A DNA stretch of 53,809 nt from the IMG/VR virus record IMGVR_UViG_3300032214_001510, positions 1 to 53,809 of that record, one strand, 5' to 3'. Source of the stretch: a virus. Taxonomy: Duplodnaviria > Caudoviricetes. The position numbers were made by a program, and so were the translations under genes. The notes under the pieces were generated by a model, which saw nothing but the letters and a program-made list of their open reading frames with translations, did no database searches and was not told the origin of the DNA. Shown one piece after another: positions 1 through 5,451 of this stretch (positions are counted from its first letter, which is position 1; each line of letters starts with the position of its first letter).

Positions 1-39
1 GTATTTCTCAATTCATTAGTGTTCTGGAGCAAATGAGAA

Positions 40-192
40 ATGACTAAAACTCTACTCAAAATCATCAAGTTCTTATTCTCAAAAGAAATAGAAGTTGCTC
101 CTGGTGTTTTTTGGTTGGGTGGAACTCTTTATGAGAACCGAAACAAACCAAAAGGACTACCACCACTCAAATTGAAGAAGAAGGACACTTGA
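40..192 (+). CDS. Small hypothetical protein (50 aa, MTKTLLKIIKFLF...KKKDT)
   Basis: Translated by hand from ATG40 to TGA190-192. The stop lies inside the first promoter palindrome. Confidence 0.55.
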   Translation: MTKTLLKIIKFLFSKEIEVAPGVFWLGGTLYENRNKPKGLPPLKLKKKDT

Positions 193-247
193 GAAACTGG
201 CACATCGGGCGCCCCCAGCGTCCTCTCCACCCCCTACAATACTTTCA
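181..247 (+). promoter_or_regulatory. Early-type composite promoter 1
   Basis: AAGGAC-N12-GGCACA at 181-204, TACAAT at 235-240, predicted +1 at A247. Confidence 0.7.
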
Positions 248-266
248 GATCAAACGAACCAAACCC

Positions 267-455
267 ATGAAAGTCTACGCTGTGATCGGTGGTGCTGATT
301 ATGAGGGCGAGCACTTCGATACCCTCCGCCTGTTCGATTGCCTCTCTGCTGCCGAAGCATACAAAGCGGAACTCTATGACGGTGCTCTGGGGATCGACTA
401 CGTTCTGATGGAGACCCGTGAGGTCTGCCTGGAATCCGCCCTATGTGCCGCCTGA
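267..455 (+). CDS. Small early hypothetical protein (62 aa, MKVYAVIGGADYEGE...)
   Basis: ATG267 lies just downstream of promoter 1. The longer track start (189) overlaps the promoter. Confidence 0.8.
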   Translation: MKVYAVIGGADYEGEHFDTLRLFDCLSAAEAYKAELYDGALGIDYVLMETREVCLESALCAA

Positions 456-516
456 GGCACTGGCACAAGGGTCCTGAGCACCGACCCTAAACTGCTCTAC
501 AATTCTCTCAGTTCAC
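444..516 (+). promoter_or_regulatory. Early-type composite promoter 2
   Basis: TGTGCC-N12-GGCACA at 444-467, AGGGTC/GACCCT stem at 468-488, TACAAT at 498-503, predicted +1 at A510. Confidence 0.8.
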
Positions 517-529
517 TCAACCGAACCCC

Positions 530-718
530 ATGCGTTACAATCCCGCCACCGACCGCGCCCTCAGCATTGATGAGATCGCCGCTCAGTGCCGCCACGCTAT
601 CCTGAAGGCGGACGCCTGCCGCGCCATCGACGCCGCGTTTGACTACGATGAGATCCTGACCTTCTACCGCTGGGAGGATGACATCCTGCGCCTGGACCCC
701 GAACCCTGTGCCGCCTGA
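530..718 (+). CDS. Small early hypothetical protein (62 aa)
   Basis: ORF lies between promoters 2 and 3 and ends CAA* inside the 24-bp repeat. Confidence 0.8.
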   Translation: MRYNPATDRALSIDEIAAQCRHAILKADACRAIDAAFDYDEILTFYRWEDDILRLDPEPCAA

Positions 719-780
719 GGCACTGGCACACTGAACCACACGGGGGCATCCTGCCCCCTGCTACAATTCTCTCAGTTCAC
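707..780 (+). promoter_or_regulatory. Early-type composite promoter 3
   Basis: Palindrome at 707-730, GGGGGCA/TGCCCCC stem at 742-758, TG-C-TACAAT at 759-767, predicted +1 at A774. Confidence 0.8.
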
Positions 781-790
781 AAGACACCCC

Positions 791-925
791 ATGAGAACCT
801 GCATCCGTTACTTCACCCCCTACGCTCAGGTTTGGCGGGAGCAGTGGTTCCCCACCCTGAGCGAAGCGGAGCGCATGGTAGAGTTCTACCGCTCCTGCGG
901 ATCGCCTGCTCACCTGGTGCCCTAG
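791..925 (+). CDS. Small early hypothetical protein (44 aa, MRTCIRYFTPY...EAERMVEFYRSCGSPAHLVP)
   Basis: Translated by hand and absent from the track. It follows promoter 3 and resembles small proteins I recall from cyanomyoviruses. Confidence 0.8.
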   Translation: MRTCIRYFTPYAQVWREQWFPTLSEAERMVEFYRSCGSPAHLVP

Positions 926-972
926 CACCCCGACCAATCCCTGACCCTTTGACCTTCTACCTTCCTTCTATC

Positions 973-1140
973 ATGACCGCTGACCTTGCTGCCTCCCTGC
1001 TGAACCGCGCCGCCAACGGTGCCGAACTCCTGCAGGTGCTGGATACGATCGCTGACGAAGTGGCAGACGCCAACATCGCTGACGCCGCTGCCCATTATGC
1101 CGCGATCAGCGCCCCGACTGCCGATCCGATCCAATTCTGA
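973..1140 (+). CDS. Small early hypothetical protein (55 aa, MTADLAASLLNRAANGAELLQVLD...)
   Basis: ATG973 avoids overlap with ORF 791-925. The product is predicted helical and acidic. Confidence 0.75.
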   Translation: MTADLAASLLNRAANGAELLQVLDTIADEVADANIADAAAHYAAISAPTADPIQF

Positions 1141-1194
1141 TAGTGGCACAACGGAGGGGGATGACCCCTCCCTTTTGCTTCTATACTGACAGCA
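1127..1194 (+). promoter_or_regulatory. Early-type composite promoter 4
   Basis: GTGGCACA at 1143-1150, GGAGGGG/CCCCTCC stem at 1153-1171, TATACT at 1182-1187, predicted +1 at A1194. Confidence 0.75.
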
Positions 1195-1415
1195 TGAAAC
1201 AACCCCTGCAACCCGCTCACGGCGGCGCCTTCCTGATCAACGACACCGCCGCCAACGACCCCGCCTGCCAGGCAGCGATGGCATCCTACCTGAAGCGCCT
1301 GGAGCGGGAGGAGGAGGAGCGTCAAGCGATCCGCGACGCTTTTGCCGCTGGTGACCTGGCAACAATCGCCAAATGGGGACGGACCAGCAACTGGCACATC
1401 AGCGACCGCGACTGA
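1194..1415 (+). CDS. Small early hypothetical protein (73 aa), probably leaderless
   Basis: ATG1194 coincides with the predicted +1 of promoter 4. Confidence 0.75.
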   Translation: MKQPLQPAHGGAFLINDTAANDPACQAAMASYLKRLEREEEERQAIRDAFAAGDLATIAKWGRTSNWHISDRD

Positions 1416-1442
1416 CCCTGCTGAGCGACTAGGATACTCTCA
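1375..1442 (+). promoter_or_regulatory. Early-type composite promoter 5
   Basis: GGGGAC-N12-GGCACA at 1375-1398, TAGGAT at 1430-1435, predicted +1 at A1442. Confidence 0.65.
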
Positions 1443-1458
1443 ACAGCAACGGACCCCG

Positions 1459-1638
1459 ATGCAAACTCTCAAAGCAACCGCCATCGCCCTCCTGATCATC
1501 ACGCTGGCGACCGCTGGATACGCTGCCCTGCTCAACAATGGCAACGCCCGCATTGAAGCAAAGTGTGCTGGCCGCGGCGGACAGGTGCTTGTGACGCCTG
1601 GACAAGTGTCACGCTGCCTCCTGCCCATCGCCCGCTGA
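1459..1638 (+). CDS. Small membrane-anchored or secreted early protein (59 aa)
   Basis: Hydrophobic N-terminus MQTLKATAIALLIITLATAGYAALL and two Cys residues downstream. Confidence 0.75.
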   Translation: MQTLKATAIALLIITLATAGYAALLNNGNARIEAKCAGRGGQVLVTPGQVSRCLLPIAR

Positions 1639-1656
1639 GCGACTAAGATAAAGCAT
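1590..1656 (+). promoter_or_regulatory. Early-type composite promoter 6
   Basis: TGTGAC-N12-GTCACG at 1590-1613, TAAGAT at 1644-1649. GCTGAGCGACTARGATA is shared with promoter 5. Confidence 0.65.
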
Positions 1657-1672
1657 ACCAAACGAAACGACC

Positions 1673-1852
1673 ATGACTTCCAACCCCTACGTTGCTCACC
1701 TGATCGGCAAGCGCGGACTGACTGAGCGGGAGATCCGCCAGAGTGCCTCCCCCGCTCCGAAGGCAACCTACCCCCGCACCATCGGCGGACGGACCTTTGA
1801 GACGGAGGCAGACTACCAGGAGGCACTGGCAGACTTCCTGAACGGGATGTGA
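1673..1852 (+). CDS. Small early hypothetical protein (59 aa, MTSNPYVAHLIGK...ALADFLNGM)
   Basis: Translated by hand, absent from the track, directly after promoter 6. Confidence 0.8.
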   Translation: MTSNPYVAHLIGKRGLTEREIRQSASPAPKATYPRTIGGRTFETEADYQEALADFLNGM

Positions 1853-1886
1853 GGGGCAACCCCCCCGACCTGCTACAATACTCTCA
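1853..1886 (+). promoter_or_regulatory. Early-type promoter 7
   Basis: GGGG/CCCC stem, TG-C-TACAAT at 1871-1879, predicted +1 at A1886. Confidence 0.65.
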
Positions 1887-1900
1887 ACCGCAACCAACCA

Positions 1901-2077
1901 ATGCGCCTCTCCCCTGCTACCCGCCTCTCCGATCGCCAGACCGTATGGGTCGCCCGTAAAAACAACGACGAATCCTTCTACCGCCTGACCACCGACTACG
2001 GGGTGCCCGCTACCGTGATCGCCACCCAGTTCGCTGAGGTCCACCGCAACGACGTTCGCCAGATGCAGTGGGGGTGA
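1901..2077 (+). CDS. Small early hypothetical protein (58 aa, MRLSPATRLSDRQTVWV...QMQWG)
   Basis: Translated by hand, absent from the track, directly after promoter 7. Confidence 0.75.
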   Translation: MRLSPATRLSDRQTVWVARKNNDESFYRLTTDYGVPATVIATQFAEVHRNDVRQMQWG

Positions 2078-2117
2078 CCCCCCTGCCCCGTTTCGTGCTA
2101 TCATTCTCTCAGTTCAC
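2065..2117 (+). promoter_or_regulatory. Early-type promoter 8
   Basis: GCAG-GGGGG/CCCCC-CTGC stem at 2065-2086, TG-C-TATCAT at 2096-2104, predicted +1 at A2111. The leader is shared with promoters 2 and 3. Confidence 0.7.
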
Positions 2118-2127
2118 AACCACACCG

Positions 2128-2349
2128 ATGACCACCCCCACCGTGATGACCGCTGCTGATCTGAACGCCGCCATCGCCTCAGGCGCCATGACCTTCCGCC
2201 GCCTGCCCACCGCTCATGGTGCCGCTACCAACCGCTGGGCGAATCGCATCAAAGGCGGCAGCAGCAGGGTCCGCACTCATGGCGGTGCCGCTGGTTCTCA
2301 TGGCACCCGCATGACCACCGCCAACAGCGCCCTGGCAGACGTGCGCTGA
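2128..2349 (+). CDS. Small basic early hypothetical protein (73 aa)
   Basis: ATG2128 lies downstream of promoter 8. The product is Arg/Gly/Ala-rich. Confidence 0.7.
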   Translation: MTTPTVMTAADLNAAIASGAMTFRRLPTAHGAATNRWANRIKGGSSRVRTHGGAAGSHGTRMTTANSALADVR

Positions 2350-2560
2350 GGCAGTGCCCCGTGCGTTCGTGACCGCAGTGCCCCCGTGCGGGGTGCGCGG
2401 TCGGCGCGGGGCCGCGTGGTTAAAAACGCCTAACTACCCTAATCTATAAAGTGTTACCAAAGGCAGCTAAAAATACACAAGGGGTCTAAATTTTTTTTCG
2501 GTAGTCAAAAATACTCATAAGGTCGCTATATAATACCGAAAAATAAACGATATATGGCGG

Positions 2561-2734
2561 ATGAAAAAAAATTCAGACAATATCAGAGCAATTAGTGTTG
2601 ATCCGATCACTGGTGAGTATTATGTTATAATTCCTGAGTGGATCGCTAATGAGTTATCTTGGTATGAAGATACTGAGATTAAGTTCGATCTTGAGGGCGA
2701 TGAAGTTGTGTTATCAGAACACGACCCTTCTTGA
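2561..2734 (+). CDS. AbrB/MazE (SpoVT-AbrB fold)-like small protein (57 aa)
   Basis: Translated by hand: ...GEYYVIIPEWIANELSWYEDTEIKFDLEGDEVVLS. This fits the AbrB-type pattern V-x-I-P-x(2)-I-x(3)-L-x-W...I-x-L. Confidence 0.7.
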   Translation: MKKNSDNIRAISVDPITGEYYVIIPEWIANELSWYEDTEIKFDLEGDEVVLSEHDPS

Positions 2735-2760
2735 CGTTCCTCTATATAATATGTTATGAT
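2731..2760 (+). promoter_or_regulatory. Sigma70-like promoter
   Basis: TTGACG at 2731-2736, 18-bp spacer, TG-T-TATGAT at 2752-2760, upstream of ATG2784. Confidence 0.6.
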
Positions 2761-2783
2761 CTGAAATGTAATTACAATCAATT

Positions 2784-3548
2784 ATGGCTAAAGGATTTAC
2801 TGTTAAAGCAAAAACGCCTGTAGTTCCAAGAAACAACCCAACTGAAGAATTTGATTACGATCTTGCCAAAGAAATGATCAGAGGCAAAAGTGTTGTTTTT
2901 TGTCTTCCAGGTAGAGGAGTTTCTTATACGTATCTGAAGAGTTTTGTACAACTCTGCTTTGATCTGGTTCAGGCAGGTGCAAGTATTCAGATTTCTCAAG
3001 ACTACAGTTCGATGGTGAACTTTGCACGGTGCAAGTGTCTAGGTGCAAATGTTCTTCGTGGACCTGATCAAATTCCTTGGGATGGCAAACTAAAATATGA
3101 CTATCAACTCTGGATTGATAGTGACATTGTTTTTAATACTGAGAAGTTTTGGCAACTCGTATTGATGGATAAAGATATTGCAGCAGGTTGGTATTGCACT
3201 GAAGATGGACATACCACATCCGTTGCTCATTGGTTGGAAGAAGATGACTTCCGTAACAATGGTGGTGTAATGAATCACGAAACTCTCGAAAGCATTTCGA
3301 AGCGTAAAAAACCATTTACAGTTGATTATACTGGATTTGGTTGGTTGCTGATTAAGCATGGTGTGTTTGAGCACCCTGAAATTAAGTATCCTTGGTTTGC
3401 TCCAAAGATGCAAGTTTTTGAGAGTGGTGATGTTCAGGATATGTGTGGCGAAGACGTTTCATTCTGTCTTGATGCAATTGCAGCAGGAATAGAGATTTGG
3501 TGTGATCCTCGTATTCGCGTTGGACACGAAAAGACTCGGGTAATCTGA
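2784..3548 (+). CDS. GT-A fold glycosyltransferase, conserved in cyanomyoviruses
   Basis: LWIDSDIVF (DxD motif), GFGWLLIK, GEDVSFC and VGHEK motifs. Confidence 0.8.
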   Translation: MAKGFTVKAKTPVVPRNNPTEEFDYDLAKEMIRGKSVVFCLPGRGVSYTYLKSFVQLCFDLVQAGASIQISQDYSSMVNFARCKCLGANVLRGPDQIPWDGKLKYDYQLWIDSDIVFNTEKFWQLVLMDKDIAAGWYCTEDGHTTSVAHWLEEDDFRNNGGVMNHETLESISKRKKPFTVDYTGFGWLLIKHGVFEHPEIKYPWFAPKMQVFESGDVQDMCGEDVSFCLDAIAAGIEIWCDPRIRVGHEKTRVI

Positions 3549-3553
3549 TTCAT

Positions 3554-3721
3554 ATGCAAACAGGAGAAAGATATAACATCTATGTGGGAAATGAACGAAA
3601 GTTCTCTCATCTCACAGAAGAAGAATATTTTAATCTCATGGAAGATCTGTCCATAGAATATTATGAGACAGGTTTTCCAAACCCCAAAAACATTCGTACT
3701 GAAATTCTGAGGAATTATTAA
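3554..3721 (+). CDS. Small hypothetical protein (55 aa, MQTGERYNIYVGNE...)
   Basis: Translated by hand; it fills the gap with tight spacing on both sides. Confidence 0.75.
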   Translation: MQTGERYNIYVGNERKFSHLTEEEYFNLMEDLSIEYYETGFPNPKNIRTEILRNY

Positions 3722-3723
3722 TT

Positions 3724-3876
3724 ATGGCTGTAAAATCTAAAGTTGGTCTGAATAAAACTGGTTATATTCCTGGTCCTCCCAAAAAGTCTCGTCAAGGAGA
3801 CGGCATGGGAACCAAGTATGCCGCTTCGTCTCGTAATAAAGCACGTAAAAAGTATCGTGGACAAGGTAAGGGGTGA
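3724..3876 (+). CDS. Small very basic protein (50 aa, ending RNKARKKYRGQGKG)
   Basis: Translated by hand. The KKYRGQG C-terminus is typical of a small conserved phage family, and the stop abuts the next ATG. Confidence 0.8.
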   Translation: MAVKSKVGLNKTGYIPGPPKKSRQGDGMGTKYAASSRNKARKKYRGQGKG

Positions 3877-4332
3877 ATGAAAGATCTTGAGAAATGGATT
3901 GAGACTGTTAAGCAATCACATCCAGATCTCAAAGGACACTCTATTTGCCCATTTGCGAAAGCAAATACCTATAAAATAGAAAAATGTTCAATTAACGACA
4001 TCAAACCTCTTAAAGAAGAGTATGGTGTCGTTATTTTTGTCGTTGAAGATGATCTTGATCTTGATTATGGTTATCAAAAGATCGAAGAACTGAATGAGCA
4101 TTACCCAAAATACAAATTTTTTGATGATTTTCGTGATGAACCCAGTTATATTAACGGCGTTCAGAGTAATAATGGTCTGTATAATCTTGTTTTATACCAA
4201 GATTCTCAGTTTTTGACTAAAATGAGGCAAATTTTGGCAAAAACGAACTATTATAACTTTTGGAATGATGAGTATTTAAAGAAAATTCTCGAAAAAGACT
4301 ATGAAATGGTCCAAAAAATTCGAAATAAATAG
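3877..4332 (+). CDS. Hypothetical protein with ICPFA motif (DUF1415-like)
   Basis: 151-aa ORF with an N-terminal W...ICPFAK motif. Confidence 0.6.
   Translation: MKDLEKWIETVKQSHPDLKGHSICPFAKANTYKIEKCSINDIKPLKEEYGVVIFVVEDDLDLDYGYQKIEELNEHYPKYKFFDDFRDEPSYINGVQSNNGLYNLVLYQDSQFLTKMRQILAKTNYYNFWNDEYLKKILEKDYEMVQKIRNK
4324..4331 (+). promoter_or_regulatory. T4-type late promoter AATAAATA
   Basis: Consensus match upstream of speD. Confidence 0.6.
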
Positions 4333-4367
4333 ATTTTTTGGCAATTTGTGCATTGGAACAGCATTCT

Positions 4368-4694
4368 ATGGGTAAGCACCTGCTTTTAGAGGTGTATGAT
4401 GTAGATTTTAATCTTCTTAATGATGGTGAAGCACTTCAGGCAGTGATGGTGAAGGGTATCGAACGTGCAAAAATGACAATTTTGAACGTTTTTCACCATT
4501 GTTTCATTCCTCAAGGATGTACAGTCGTAATTGCCCTCTCAGAAAGTCATGTTTCATGCCATACTTGGCCAGAAAATGGTTGTATTGCCATTGATGTTTA
4601 TACTTGTGGGGAAGGAAACCCTCGTTTGATTGCACTTGAGATGCTTAAATATTTAAATTCGACTAACTATAGTATAAGAGAGATATCCAGATAA
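4368..4694 (+). CDS. speD: Pyruvoyl-dependent S-adenosylmethionine decarboxylase family proenzyme
   Basis: GKHLLLEVY, LSESHVSCHTWPE (ESH autocleavage site) and DVYTCG motifs. The start could instead be an upstream TTG (4338 or 4353). Confidence 0.9.
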   Translation: MGKHLLLEVYDVDFNLLNDGEALQAVMVKGIERAKMTILNVFHHCFIPQGCTVVIALSESHVSCHTWPENGCIAIDVYTCGEGNPRLIALEMLKYLNSTNYSIREISR

Positions 4695-4754
4695 CGTTGC
4701 TTCAGGGATAGCAACCCCTTTAAAAGTTCTGTTTACCCTTTTTGGAGAAAACAG

Positions 4755-5015
4755 ATGGCAACCAATCCTAATCCTGATCGAAATAGTGACTACATGTACC
4801 AGATGTGGGGCACAGATAAACTTATTACTGATTATACAGTGTTACCTGAGAATTATAAAAAGCAGGTGATTCAAGAAATCATGCATGATGAAATTCCAGC
4901 TAAAAAGCATAATTTAACTGAACAAACTAAAATTCATGAACAAATTCGTAATGATGAAGATTATGATGATTGGGAGTATGGAACTGAACCAGCATACGGT
5001 TCTTCCTGGAAGTAG
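4755..5015 (+). CDS. Conserved acidic hypothetical protein
   Basis: 86-aa ORF preceded by a GGAG RBS. Confidence 0.75.
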   Translation: MATNPNPDRNSDYMYQMWGTDKLITDYTVLPENYKKQVIQEIMHDEIPAKKHNLTEQTKIHEQIRNDEDYDDWEYGTEPAYGSSWK

Positions 5016-5016
5016 G

Positions 5017-5024
5017 CATAAATA
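5017..5024 (+). promoter_or_regulatory. T4-type late promoter CATAAATA
   Basis: Intergenic, upstream of gp25. Confidence 0.75.
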
Positions 5025-5048
5025 AATTTAGAAATTTATATCCTATAA

Positions 5049-5450
5049 ATGCCTGTACAAAGGATATCAAGGGGATTTAAAGATATTAGTTTATCTTTTG
5101 ATCCCCATCCTGTCACTAAAGATTTGCCAATCATTAAAAATGAATCGGCAATTATCCGTGCAGTTAGAAATTTGGTTCAAACAGTTCCAACAGAAAGAGT
5201 TTTTAATTCTTCTCTTGGGTCTGATATAACACAAAGTCTGTTTGAATTTGTTGATTATGGTACAGCAGCAGTTATTCGTGAACAAATTATTGCATCAATT
5301 AAAAATTATGAACCTAGAGTTACTGGTTTAATTGTTGAAGTGGCACCAGAACCAGACTCAAATACTTTTACAGTTGATATATCTTTTGATATTCTTGGTC
5401 AAGAAACTCCAGCACAACAATTCACGTTCATATTAGAGGCAACTAGATAA
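5049..5450 (+). CDS. gp25: Baseplate wedge subunit gp25
   Basis: FKDISLSF..HP, ERVFNSSLGS and YEPRV motifs. Confidence 0.92.
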   Translation: MPVQRISRGFKDISLSFDPHPVTKDLPIIKNESAIIRAVRNLVQTVPTERVFNSSLGSDITQSLFEFVDYGTAAVIREQIIASIKNYEPRVTGLIVEVAPEPDSNTFTVDISFDILGQETPAQQFTFILEATR

Positions 5451-5451
5451 A

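Larger units (their letters stand above)
444..780 (+). repeat. Exact direct repeats: a 24-bp unit and a 20-bp unit
   Basis: TGTGCCGCCTGAGGCACTGGCACA at 444-467 and 707-730. CTACAATTCTCTCAGTTCAC at 497-516 and 761-780, with a variant at 2098-2117. Confidence 0.95.

Noticed and set aside
444-780. CRISPR array
   Set aside because: There are only two exact copies, the intervening DNA is ~240 bp and protein-coding, and no cas genes are present.
1590-1613. CRP or NtcA binding site
   Set aside because: Half-site spacing is far longer than TGTGA-N6-TCACA, and there is no GTA-N8-TAC match.
250-2104. Minus-strand ORFs in the GC-rich block
   Set aside because: They are antisense shadows of + strand cassettes that have promoters; high GC makes stop codons rare.
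181-2349. Classical integron with attC sites
   Set aside because: I could not see RYYYAAC/GTTRRRY core boxes or an integrase, and the cassettes carry their own promoters.
189-2349. Track start sites 189, 832, 1143, 1342 and 2068
   Set aside because: They extend through predicted promoters or upstream genes. Downstream ATGs at 267, 973, 1194, 1459 and 2128 fit better.
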